In this document: one piece after another, positions 51,034-62,579 of the stretch
Layout of the letters: every line of letters starts with the position of its first letter
Numbering within the stretch: position 1 is the first letter of the stretch
Assembly: GCF_018977255.1 (NCBI RefSeq)
Contig: NW_024704742.1
Span: forward strand, 73,720,001-73,784,000
Direction: 5' to 3'
DNA: 64,000 nucleotides
From: Callorhinchus milii
Taxonomy: Eukaryota
Program-made: the position numbers and the translations under genes
Notes under the pieces: model-generated
Told to the model about the DNA's origin: nothing
Databases searched by the model: none
The model's input: only the letters and a program-made list of their open reading frames with translations

Positions 51034-51704
51034 GGATTCTTTCCCTCCTCCCTACTCGACACTTTGAAGGATTTTGAAACATTCATCCTATGTGAAACGT
51101 GCTATACATTACAATATTACATTTTAAAGTGCCTTTCATGTCGGGATGCAAGTTTCTATTTCTATACATTTCTATAATAAATAACTTTTATGTAAAAGAT
51201 ATGTCTCAAAGTGCTTAGATGAGATTAATTAGAAATTAAACCAATATTGCTATCGAGGCCACCACCATGGCAGGTAATTTGCACCAGAAATATCCAACAA
51301 ATAGAAATGAGATGAGTGCCAATTAAATTTAAATTTTTAGGATGAGGAAGAAGCATAACCCAAAAAACTGGGAGGAAAACCAATTCTCTTAAAAATGGTA
51401 GTGGGAGGTGTCTCTTCAATACCATCTGAACCACAAGACAGACAGGACTTTACAGGACTTAAAATGAATAAATCAATTCTTCCATTTATCTCTATTGAAC
51501 CTCAACTTCATTGCTGGTGATCAGCCCCCCACAAATAGGATGCAAAAATGGCTTTCATTTCTGAATGACCACATGTACAATCTATTTGACCAAAGTAGGG
51601 CTTGATTTATTTTAATAAATTCAAAAAATATAAGGAAATGGAATGACTACTACCACTAATAGCTTTCTCAAGACTCCAGAACAAACCAAACTGAATTGTT
51701 GGTG

Positions 51705-52089
51705 TATCAACATTTTGGGTCCACGACTCTTCATCAGAACTGGGGCATGTTGGGAAGACAAAGCAGAGCGAGGAAGACCTTTTCTCTCTGATCTTTTTGT
51801 TGCAATTTCCACCCCCCCACCCTTTGTTTTGTATTATTAACACCTCTTTAACCCATCATCCCCTGTCCTCTACCCCATTTTCTCCCTGGTCTTCCTCCCC
51901 CTGCCTCTCCCCTCTCTGTTAGCCTTTAAAAGCCTCTCCCTCCCAACATGCCCCAGTTCTGAGGAAGGGCCATGGACCCAAAACATTGACTCACTTTCCT
52001 TTCTCCATAGATGCTGCCTGACCTGCTGAGTGTTGCCAGCGACTTCTGTTTTTATTTCAGATTTCCAGCATCTGCAGTATTTTGCATTT
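51705..52089 (+). mobile_element. Penelope-type terminal-repeat insertion with an inverted 5' piece and hammerhead-like motifs
   Basis: Flanked by the exact 13-bp direct repeat TGAATTGTTGGTG (51692-51704 and 52090-52102). 51707-51755 is the inverted copy of 51941-51989. Contains CTGANGA-stem-(G/A)AAA cores. Confidence 0.75.
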
Positions 52090-52120
52090 TGAATTGTTGG
52101 TGCCAGTTACTCAGAGTATA

Positions 52121-53803
52121 TGGAGCTGCTTACAATTCCCATACCTCGTCTTTTTCCAAAACTACTGTCTTGACTAAGAACATAGAGTCTAAGTTGACAT
52201 ATAACCAAAAATGCCTTATTGAAAAAGTAGCAATACACATTAATTTTTGACACTATTTGCATCCGAAACAAATATCTGTAGCAATTCTATCAGTTACATC
52301 CTTCACATAGTTTACATATAAAGATTATACTGAGTGATTAGTATTAAATTTAGGCGCAACATCTGGTATCGCAACCACAGTAACACGTCAATCCAGCAAC
52401 AAACTAAACCATATATCAGATCAAACCATCAAAGATCAGCATGCAAGATGTTGGAGCTCCAATTTCATTTATTTTGTAAATTTTCTCCCCGCCTCTCCTG
52501 AAGAGGTTAATTCATGCCAAGTGCAGTTTCACAAACACCCTTAGGATTACTTCGTTCAAGTGGTTGGTTGCTCATTCTTTGTGTGTGACTCTAATGGTGA
52601 GCGCTAGCAGACTATTTGACAATGGGAGAAAATGATTTGACAATCATAGCCAAATCAACAACGACAACAATTTGTGTAGGTGCAAATTAGCAATAATGTT
52701 CTCACCTGAAGTTGTGAAACAGGAGGGGTACCTTGACAAAGATCAGGATCAGAATCGGGCTGATTCTTCCCCTTCCAGGTCTAGAAGCACTGAAGCCAAT
52801 TTTGGCACTGTTCCCCCGGTTCAGATCAACAATTGTTCCCTGGCTCTGATCAACTAACTCAGCACAACTATCTATCTCAGCACATACTGCAATTCGAATC
52901 CATGACCTTCTGAGCTTCTGGTCTTTATGATTGAATACTATGGTTCAAGAAAAACTTAATCTATATAAGAAGTTTTAAAATTCTACATATAGAATCCATT
53001 ATTTGAGCAGAAATTATGGATTTTAAGGAAATATATAAAATGCAATTCATACCTAATACATATTTGCTTATTCATTACAAACACAATTGATTTGTTAACA
53101 CTAATTATTTCACACTCTGGGTGTATTTAAGTACAATGTATTAACATAAATAAGTTATCTTTCAAAGATATTCCTCAAAATAGATAAGAAAAAAATATTA
53201 TTTTAAATTTGCATGCTCTACATATGGAAATCAAAGTTTGTATACAATATTCTGATTAATTTTGATTATTCTGCTTGTGTTACATATAACAAAGACCACC
53301 GAATAACACATAAAATGAATGTCACAGAACCATAGTGTTCTGAGGAAAAAGACTCCAGCGTAGGAAAAACTGGGAAATTAATAGGAAAAGTAAATAGAAA
53401 AAAAATGTACAGCATCAAACAGTCACAAAAACATACTTATAAATAAAAAAAATCAGATGAGATGTCATACTTTTGCTTCACATTATTGCTAATTTGCACC
53501 TACACAAATGCCTAAAGACAGAATGCGAGCCCCCCAAAAAAGGGGGATGACAGAGGGTGGAAGATGCCAGAAAGTAGGAACTGGAGAGAGTTGAGGCAAA
53601 GCAATTTTAAAATAGAGCTCAGAGGATGATACTTTCCAAAACCTCCTCACCTTCACATGTCTCTAGAAAATGGAGCTCCCTCCCTTTGTCCCTTTCCAAA
53701 TCATTGTCTTGACTAAGAGTACACATACAGTCTTAGTTGACATATAACCAAAACAGCCGCACTGAAAAAGTAAAAATACACATTAATTGTTGACACTACT
53801 TGT
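52121..53803 (+). repeat. Pair of ~130-bp direct repeats (52121-52260 and 53671-53803)
   Basis: TTTCCAAA...TGTCTTGACTAAGA...AGTTGACATATAACCAAAA...ATACACATTAATT.TTGACACTA is present twice, about 1.55 kb apart. Confidence 0.8.
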
Positions 53804-53819
53804 AGAAGAATTAGATGTC

Positions 53820-55850
53820 GCTCACTCCAGCTCAGGAAACATGCACTGAACCTTGGTACTTTGTCTGACTCTCTTTTGTCAACTCTTTTTTAAGCCTTTC
53901 ATCCAAGCTCTAATCAGCAAAATCCGTCTCGGTCATAACCTCACTCCCAACAAGCTGAAACACTCATCCATGTCTTTGTTACGTCCAAACCTGACATTTC
54001 CAAAGTCTTGTTCATCAGTCACCTCAACTCTACCCTCCAATCCTTCTGATTATCTAGAACTCCAAAGTTCACAATCACTCCCACATCCTGCACAATCATC
54101 ACTGTTTTCACCAGCTTCACATTAAGGTCCTTATCCTTCAGATGCCTCCATGGCCTTGACCCACCCTATCTCTGATTTCATGCAGTCCTCTTTTCCGCCT
54201 ACCCTGCCCACTCTGCTTTCGTTCTGTTTAGTTGGAAAAAGCTGATGTTGAACAAGTAATCTGTCCTGGCATCCAAGGTGGAGACAGAATGGGTGTCATC
54301 TGTGTACATATGGAAGTAGATCAAATGCATGCACACAATGTCATCAAGGAGCAGTTTGTATGCAAGGGACAGAATTGAGAATACAGCCCTTAGGAACACC
54401 GAATGTACCCATGTGGGGGCAGGACAATAAGCCATTGGGAAAACACTGGGATAAATTGGAGGGAAACCAGGAATGCACATCATGTAGATGCTCTGGGAAG
54501 ATGGTGGATAAGGATAGAGTCCTCAACAGTTGAAACTGGCAGAAAAATCAAGAACAAAGAAGCATAGGGAGCCCTGGCATACAGACAGGGAACATTGTTT
54601 GTGGCTCAGACCGTCTTTCGGGGGGGACAGCAGCCAAATTGGAGAGACTCATACAGGGACTGGTGGAATAGGAAAAAGAACAATGCTTTCCAGCATTTTG
54701 GAGGGAAGGATAGTTTGGCAATTGAGTTACAGCTGGAAGTTTGGGGGGGATTCACGTAGTTGTTTTAAGAAATGGGGTGTGGGCGGGTTAATAACAGCAG
54801 TTTTAAAAGTGAGACGTTGAAAATGTCAGCTAACAAAAGGGAAGGAAATAGCCAGCTGGGTGGGCAGAGGGTGTGTGGAAACTGGGTCAAGGGTGATGGA
54901 TTTAATGTGAGAAATGAGGAAGGAGATGGATACGGGGAGACAGGGTCAAAGATCTGAAGGGTGCAGGGCTTGGAAGGAGGGAAGAGTGAAAAGGGAAAGG
55001 ATGAAGCAGCTAAGCAGATATTGTCAATTGTGGATCCCAAGAAGTCCATCATTTCCTTGCATTTGGCGTGGTAGGTAAGGATGCAAATAATGTGAGCAGA
55101 GAAGATAACTGAAGGTGAAGAAGATAAGCCTGAGGTTATCATTGCCCTTCAGGATGCTTCTGGATTAGGAGGAGATTTAGCCGAGGAAAGGGAGAGACAA
55201 TAATTTTTGCTGGGGTGCAGCTAGATCTGAGCCAGTTGCTCTCTGACACACAGACTTTGGACCTAATCGAATGGCTGTGAATATTGTTCTAAAGGATTTG
55301 CAGGGATGGGAAGCAGTTTGAAATTTTATTAGGGGCAAGGGTTTAGTTGAACAGCTCAATAAATGTGTTGAAGTCAAACAAGCAAAGACCCAAGTGTTTG
55401 GAGGACACATTGGTATTTGGAGGTAGTTTTCTCCAAGGGAAGAAGGAGATAGTGGAAGGCTTAGGCTTAGATAGTGGAAGGCTCAGTGAAGGGAATATGA
55501 GAGGTGGGGGAATGTTTTTAAATAGCTTTGTCAGAAATGAAGAAACACTGGATGATAACAATGTTGAAAGGATTTGCATAGGGAAATTATAGGAAGGATG
55601 AAGTTGAGGAAGGAAAGGAGAGGTAAAGTGAAGGTTAAAGTTGCTCATGATGAGGAAGTATTGAGAGAAGAAAGGGGAGAGATTTTAATAAGAAAGGCAC
55701 TGGAAGGTTTGGGAGGGCTGTCAGACAATGAAGATCTTAAAGGAGAGGCAAATGAGATGGTGGAGTGAGGTATTCAAAGGAGGAGAAAGATCCGGAGGAG
55801 TAAGGAGGCAAACCAAGAGAGGATTTGAATATCAGCACACAAGAAGCATC
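53820..55850 (-). mobile_element. Very old L2: endonuclease-to-RT part on minus (54200-55850), next segment on plus (53820-54190)
   Basis: SNFNLH (GDFN-like), FHMYTDDT and QLNRTKAE on minus; NLG-type and LDPPYL-type motifs on plus. Confidence 0.6.
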
Positions 55851-55894
55851 CAAAGGAGAAATGGCACTTTGGAGTTTTATTATATATAAGTAAT

Positions 55895-56186
55895 ATAATC
55901 CTCGCATTTGATATAGCTCCTTATCACATCTTCGAGACGTCTCAAAGCGCTTCACAGAATATACTGTTAAGTAAATTGACTATATATTTTGAAGGTGAAA
56001 CGTGGCAGCTAATTGCACACAGCAGTGACAATATTTTTGTTGAAGGAATCCGCCAATCGACTAACATCCAGGTTCCTACTTACTGCTAGGTAAACAGAGG
56101 CGTGTGGAGTAAGGAAAGTTGCCCAACGTTTCACCCTGTCAGGAATCGAACCCAGGTCTCTCACTTGCGAGATGAGTGCTCTAACC
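55895..56186 (-). mobile_element. Long-variant tRNA-Ala SINE with an internal deletion
   Basis: Head, extra segment and tail are present. Confidence 0.88.
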
Positions 56187-56994
56187 ACTGAGCTACAAGA
56201 CTCCACATTATGTCACATACTGGTATGTTACTGGTTCAGTATAGCCAAGACAACAATTTCAAGACTTAATATAAAGCTGGTTCCAACAGGCTTGTAGCAC
56301 TGCTGTTGTTCCTTCAGTTGTCTTAGCATACAAGTAATAATTTTAATGTATTAGAAAAGGGGTACATTCCATGAACTGGAGCAGATGAGCTGCAGCTGTA
56401 AGATACTTCTGTGTTTTAGACTTTTAACCGAAACTCACATAGCTCAAAGTATTTTCAACCCCACCTCTCCCAGCTTTTGGGGGTGGGGGGCAGGGGGTGG
56501 AATCAGTGTTGACAAATATGAGTTACACAAATAGTTTACAACATCCAATTCCAAATACAAAACAAAAAAGTAGGCTCTGACAAGAAATCCACTTAAAAGT
56601 TTGCTTCAAACCAAATCACTTGTTGTAAAAGCTAAAAGAACTCACTGTTAAAATACTTGGTTAGCTAGTGTATAAATCAGCTTCTCAGACAATAGTCAAA
56701 ATTTTATTTGTCCATTGTGAATATTTTATGTCAATAGTCAAAATTTTATAACTACATTATCAAACCTCACTAAGCTGTAAATTTTTGAAATGTAAAAATC
56801 AAATTTACATTGGTTTCTAGCTCATTACGATCTCACAATTCAAAAGGAACACCATCTGACACATACTTTCCTTAGCAACATGGTACAATTTACCATAAGA
56901 CACAGATGTAACCACAGTATAATGTGCAATACTTGTTTAAGTTAGACACCATAATTCACACACGTTAAAAGGTTTGAGACCATGGGATTGATCA

Positions 56995-57185
56995 AACAAT
57001 AATAAATTGGTCATTTTCAATCTACGACTGTTTGTGGGACATTGCTGTGCGCAATTGGCTGCCGCGTTCGCCCACAAATATACAGTCAATTCACTTTACA
57101 GTATATTCTGTGAAGCGCTTTGGGACGTCTAGAAGACGTGAAAAGCGCTATATCAAAAAAAAAGCAAGAAAAAAAATGCAAGGAC
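56995..57185 (+). mobile_element. Young SINE 3' half (tail loop TAGAA)
   Basis: Core nearly identical to 19175-19330; tail GGGACGTCTAGAAGACGTGAAAAGCGCT. Confidence 0.9.
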
Positions 57186-57859
57186 TGTGACTATAAGATT
57201 TCTCAATAAGTTACATTTCACACATTACCTCAATGGGAATTGAAAGGAAACGCATTTACATTCCTTGCATGAACATCAAAGAGCAACAAAAAAGTAGATA
57301 AATATTGAATATTGTCTTAGTAAAGCATTCAGACTTAATATAAACTGTCACGAGACACAATTAGTTTCCTCACTAACTCATGGAAACCTTGAATCTCAAA
57401 ATTGGTTGCCATGAAGGAAAATGGAATTAGAAATCGCTGCACCTCTTCAAAGGAGAAAAACTGTGTCGTGATTTTGCTACAGTATATGTGTAAACATCTT
57501 CAGCTCCAGAATAATTATAGACTGAAATAGTCGAGTTTATTGGAATGCTGTTTGGGAAAGGCAACCACCAAACACACTTTTGACGGATGTCCACATTCAA
57601 ATGAAGAAGACCTCACAGTAAGGCATCCCAAAATGATCAGACATCAATGGCACATGATGTGCCTCAATGGGAAGTCTAACAAACTCGGGGCAATCCGTGC
57701 CAGAATAGTGAACAGCAGCAAATACCCAACACAGATCCTTCCGTCTGACACAAAGGATCACACACCAGGAACAGGCAGTCAGAGGCTCTCCTGCCGGCAT
57801 CAGGCACAGAGCGGCTGTGGGAGCTGCAAACACAGACAAGTGTCAGCAGCAGTCAACTG

Positions 57860-58760
57860 TGGGCCCGGGCTGCTGCTGCTGCTGCTGCCTGTAAGTTGGG
57901 AGCAGTTGATCTCGGCTCGGCTCGGCTGCTCTCTCTCTCTCTCTCTCCGGGCTGAGCCTCACTCACTCACTCACAGCGACCCGAGCACCAGTGAGTTACC
58001 CGGGGCAACCCGTGGCCGCACTGCCCGCCCCCCCCAGCGCCCCGGCCCCTGCACCGCGCGGCGGCCGGGCTCCGTGCACACCCCACCAGTGCCCGCGGGG
58101 AGGGGAGAGGGAGCGGGGGGCGGGGGGCGGCTGCAGGCCCCGCTTGACTTACTTGCTTTCGCGTTGCTGGCGGCCAGGGATGCGGAGGACTCATTGAGGG
58201 AGGGGAGGGCGCTGAGGGCGGTGACGTCACCGCAGCGGCAACCCCCCCCCCACAATCCTTTGTTCGTGACGTCTTCAGTTGGCGCCAATCACACATGCGC
58301 CTGATGGGGAGGGGGGGGGGGGAGGGTGCGAGATGCGCGTGCGCGGGGAGGGCGGTGCGCATGCGGGCACGAGGCCGAGAGGAGCTGTTGAGGGAGGAGC
58401 GTCGGGCAGCACCTCCCCCCCCCTCCCCCCCCTCCCGCCCTGTGCCTGAGGCTCTCTGAGCTGTCATCATCATCACCATCATAAAAATAATAATGATAAT
58501 AATGATGATGACAGAGCTCCTTGTCACGTCTTCCAGGGTAGCAACTACTTGTGTGTTACACGGCCCGTCCACGCGGGGTGGCGTCCTGCAGCGCATGACG
58601 GCGCGGAGTCTGACCCCGAGCCCAGGGGGCCGGGGGGGGGGGGGAGGGGGGAGGTGACCCTGAACTCCCATCACAAAACGGTCTTCAGGCGGGGACTTGA
58701 CGGTGGTTGAAGTGAGGGGGGGCGGTGGGGGGGGGGGTCAGCAAATCCGATAGGCAGCGA
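57860..58760 (-). promoter_or_regulatory. CpG-island promoter of a minus-strand gene
   Basis: The only GC/CpG-rich non-repeat stretch in an AT-rich, CpG-depleted window. Motifs: palindromic CRE GTGACGTCAC 58221-58230; TGACGTCT 58267-58274; TTGGCGCCAATC (E2F-like plus CCAAT) 58279-58290; NRF1-type TGCGCGTGCGC 58334-58344 and TGCGCATGCG 58356-58365; GGGCGG boxes. A strong minus-strand donor lies at 58147-58152. Confidence 0.85.
58153..58194 (-). CDS. Putative exon 1, ATG-containing part (MSPPHPWPPATRKQ); may be a uORF or 5'UTR rather than the main CDS
   Basis: Minus strand reads ATG(58194)...AAGCAA|GTAAGT, a consensus donor inside the CpG island. 42 nt, phase 0. The transcription start is not determined (probably about 58.2-58.3 kb). 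Confidence 0.45.
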
Positions 58761-59150
58761 GGGAGTGAATTGATTTGAAAACGAGGGAGAGGGTCTTGAA
58801 GTCACTCTGTTCGGTGACTGGGAGCCAGTGGGGCCCGGCAAGGACTGGTGTGATGGGGGTGCGGCGTTTCGTGCGGGTGAGTATTTGGGCAGCAGAGTTT
58901 TGAATTCATTGGATTTTGCGATGGTGGAGTTGGGGAGACCAGCGAAGAGGGCGTTGGGTTAGTCCAGCCGCAAAGTGACAAAGGCGTGGACGAGCTGTGT
59001 CAGTTTTGAGGTACGGAGGTGGAAAAAAGTAGTCCTGGTCAGGGAACGGATGTGGTAAAAAGGAAAGCTGATGCCTAAATTGCACACGGGTTCAGAGAGT
59101 CTAAGGGAGAGCCCGAGGAGCTTCAGGAGTTCAGACCCGCAGGAGAGAAG
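58750..59150 (-). mobile_element. L2 fragment upstream of the promoter
   Basis: VCNLGI...VHAFVTLRLD...HWLPV. Confidence 0.85.
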
Positions 59151-59154
59151 ATGA

Positions 59155-59545
59155 CTCAAAGTGCTTCACGGAATACATTGAGTGAATTGACTGTATATTT
59201 TGTGGATGAAACGTGGCAGCCAATTGCACTCAGCAGAGTGCCACAAACAGTCGTGGATTGAGTGATCAAATTATTATCATTATTACTATTGTTTTGAAGG
59301 GATTATTACCCCCAGAAAAGCAATCCGCCAATCGACTAACAACCGGGTTTCTACTTCATTGAATCATAGAATTATGCAGTACAGAAGGAGGCCATTCGAC
59401 CCATTGGGTCTGTGCCGGCTCTTTTAAAAGACCTTTCAAAATCAATCCAATTCCCCCGCTCCCTCCCCATAGCCCTGCAAACTTGTCCTCCCCAAATAAT
59501 TATCTACTCCTCTCTTAAAGTTTCCTACTAGGTAAGTGTGTGGAG
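59155..59545 (-). mobile_element. Long-variant SINE interrupted by a CR1 tail (about 59360-59522)
   Basis: SINE homology breaks after GGGTTTCTACT and resumes at CTACTAGGTAAG. Confidence 0.75.
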
Positions 59546-59699
59546 GTATGCGGAATAAGTAAACTTGACTAAGTAAACTCGAGCAGAGAGCACAACAGCG
59601 AGGTGGGAACTGAGTGAGGTGAGGACAGAGTGAGAGGAATTGGGTGAGAATGGAAATTCCTTATTTACAAACTGAAATTTAGTAATGGGAAATGATAAG

Positions 59700-60300
59700 A
59701 GATAAGAGAAGTAAGAGAAGTAAGAGTAGGGGAACATCCAGGGAAGAATCTATGGAAGAGATAGCAGAGGCACTATTGCATATATATAATAATTCATTAG
59801 AAAAGGGGGTAGCGCCAGAGGAGACTTACAAGGTTGATACCGGAACTGCAAGGTTATACCTATCAGGAAAGGCTGAACAAGCTTGGAATCTTCTCTTGAA
59901 AAGAGAAGTTTAAGGGGTGACCTGATAGAGGTCTTTAAAATTATGAAAGGTTTTGATGGGGTAGACAGAGAAGGTGTTTCCACTTGTGGGGAAGACCAAA
60001 ACCAAGACCATAAATCTAAAATAGTCACCAATAAATCAAATAGGTAAAGTCAGGAGAAACGTTTGTGGTGGGAACGTGGAACTTTTTTTGAGGAATGCCT
60101 CAACTACCACAAGGTGTAGTTGAGGCGAGTAGCATAGATGCATTTAAGGGGAAGCTAGATAGTACATGAGGGAGAAAGGAAGAGAAGGTTATGCTGATAG
60201 GCTTAATTGAGGAAGGGCAGGAGGAGGCTCATGTGGAGCATAAATACTGGCATTGACCAGTTGGGCCAAATGCCCAGTTTCTGTATTATATATTCTATGT
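59700..60300 (+). mobile_element. CR1 fragments to the 3' end
   Basis: EEIAEALLHIYNNSLEKG; LRGDLIEVFKIMKGFD; 3' tail. Confidence 0.85.
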
Positions 60301-60859
60301 GAAAAAAAAAGTTTTGCCCTGCCTGGAATCCAACCTCTCACTTGTGAGTCGAGTGCTCTAACCACAAAGCTACAAGACTCCACATGATCCTTGCATTCGG
60401 TACAGTGCTTGTTACACCAAGAGGACGTCTCACAGGATTTACTTTGAAGTGCAGTGTCTCTGTGGGAAAAACGCGGTGTCAATTTTGCAAGCAGCAATGT
60501 CCCACAAACAGCCATGGAGTGAGTAACCAATTTTATTTGGGGGATTGTTGGTCAGGGCACCAGGAGAAACTCCCTTCTCTTTTTGAGTAGTGCCATGGGA
60601 TCTTTAATGTCCATCTGAAGAGGCAGACGGTTTATCATCTCATCTGAAGGACGCATCTCTACCAATGCACCATGCCCCAAGCAATTCAACACTCTGCACA
60701 ATATGTTCGAAGTCCCAATTTGGGGTTTGATCCTTCTGACCCAAAGATGAGTGTCCTATCACTGCCAGGCCGACACATTGTAATATAGAAGCTGGCAGAC
60801 ATACAGTAAAGACGATGGCTGTGACAGGAGAATGTTTTTTGGTCATCCGGTTATAATGA

Positions 60860-61655
60860 CACAGTGGAAACCCATCACATGCTTAAGAGTATCCAAACCA
60901 TACTAAACGTTCCCAATATGTATTCCACCTGCATTGTATCTGGAATAGAATGAACCTGGAGGGATGCATCCTGTTTAGCTAAATCCAGAGGCTATTGGGC
61001 ACAGGATGGCAAGAGCTCAAGCTTGGGGACCCAGAGTGTGCATTGGGGTACTGCTGAAGTTTAACCAGCTAAAACCACTGTCATGCAAGATAGGACCACC
61101 CTGCTCCCTGGGGCTCTGGCTTGCAGGTTAACAATAACTGAGTGGGAAGAATCCCTGTTCGTGCTTTGCCCCTCCAAGTCCTGCCGATGAGCCAGGCTGG
61201 CTGGACATTCCTCAGCAATGCCCTGGAATACTGCGGACTGGCCTGGTTCAGGAAACCACCACAGGGTTGACTTGATTCTAACATTTTGTCGCCAAACATG
61301 CCACTTTAGAGCCAAGCAGTCCTTGCTTATCTCACTCCTCCACCAACCCCAAAAATAGACAGTCGCTCGTCATTTGACATCCGACAAGCACAGGTTTGAG
61401 CCCTCACAAGGTGGAAGGCGGGTACAAGCAACTCCCTGTGAGCTTCCTGGTGAACAACACAGCACAGAATGAAATGGGTAAGAGCATTGCCACGATCGTC
61501 CTGCCCATAGACAGGCTCATATCCCTACCAATTGAGCAATGGTTCCACCAGTTGGAGATGCGGAGCAGCTGCTTACCAAATCAAAATGGATTCGAAATCC
61601 AGGAATATATGGACGGGTGTGTGACACATGCCATGCTTAAGAGTATCCAAACCAA
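60860..61655 (-). mobile_element. CCHC LINE-family fragments in permuted order
   Basis: 60860-61320 matches 43370-43900; 61400-61655 matches the 28110 and 4103 copies; exact 23-bp repeat at both ends. Confidence 0.6.
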
Positions 61656-61719
61656 ACTGGGGCCGGACTTTTTGTCACAATTACGAGACTAACTGAAGTT
61701 CCTTTACCTCTTCCCCCCA

Positions 61720-62153
61720 ACAGAGGACTGGTGGCTGCACTTCTTCCCTCCCGTTGTAGTTGCCATCGGACGAGAAGGGAACCAATTAGGAGCAGCTCCC
61801 AGGTGATTGACAGCCAGGAGTCGCTTGGGAATGGCTGGAATCTGCTGTAAATTAGTCAATTAGTAAATGGAATAAATGGAATCTTGTTGTTGTTGTAGTA
61901 ATTTGAATAATAATAATCCTTGCATTTGATATAGCTCCTTATCACGTCTTCGAAACGTCTCAATCCTCCTATCTCCATCCTGGAGCCGCTCGAGAAAGAG
62001 AAGGCACAAGTGAGCACGTGCAGCATTTTGTCCAGATTAACCAGATTGTTGTCCTAATTAAAATGGGTAATACAAATGAATCGGGGCCAGTCTTTTTGTC
62101 TGATTTACCCGGTGTCTGGGGTTAACCGGTGTCTGGCTAAAGAGGCTTCTATT
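61720..62153 (-). mobile_element. Second copy of the Tigger-like element, with a SINE tail inserted (about 61905-61960)
   Basis: Reverse-complement match to 41025-41265 and 41390-41500. Confidence 0.8.
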
Positions 62154-62477
62154 GCACATAAACATGGCTGGGAATATTGACAGCCTGATGACATAATAAT
62201 AGTAATAATCCTTGCATTTGATATGGCACCTTACCACATCATTGAGATGTCTTAACGTGCTTTACAGAATATATTATAAAGTGAATTGACTGTGTATTTT
62301 GTGGGCGAAACACAGTAGCCAATTACATACAGCAGTGTCCTACAAACAGTTATGGAATCAGTGACATTTTTTTTGAGGGATTATTAACCCAGACAGCAAT
62401 ACGACAATCAACGAACAACCAGGTTCCTACATACTGCTCGGTAAAAGGTGTGCAGAGCAAGGAAACTTGCCTAAGTG

Positions 62478-62575
62478 TCAGTTCTGACGAAGGGTCGTGG
62501 ACTCGAAACTCACTTTCCTTTCTCCATAGATGCTGCCTGACCTGCTGAGTGTTCCCAGCGACTTCTGTTTTTGTG
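62478..62575 (+). mobile_element. Penelope-type terminal-repeat fragment with a hammerhead-like core
   Basis: CAGTT-CTGACGA-AGGGTCGTGGACTC-GAAAC, followed by sequence near-identical to 51990-52052. Confidence 0.75.
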
Positions 62576-62579
62576 CTTC

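Noticed and set aside
53820..55850. Twin-priming origin for the inverted old L2
   Set aside because: The two parts converge (3' ends meet), the opposite of twin-priming geometry; a later inversion or separate insertion is more likely.
57540..58674. Long ORFs of 254 aa (+) and 235 aa (-)
   Set aside because: By-products of the GC-rich CpG island and microsatellites; low complexity with no recognisable domain.
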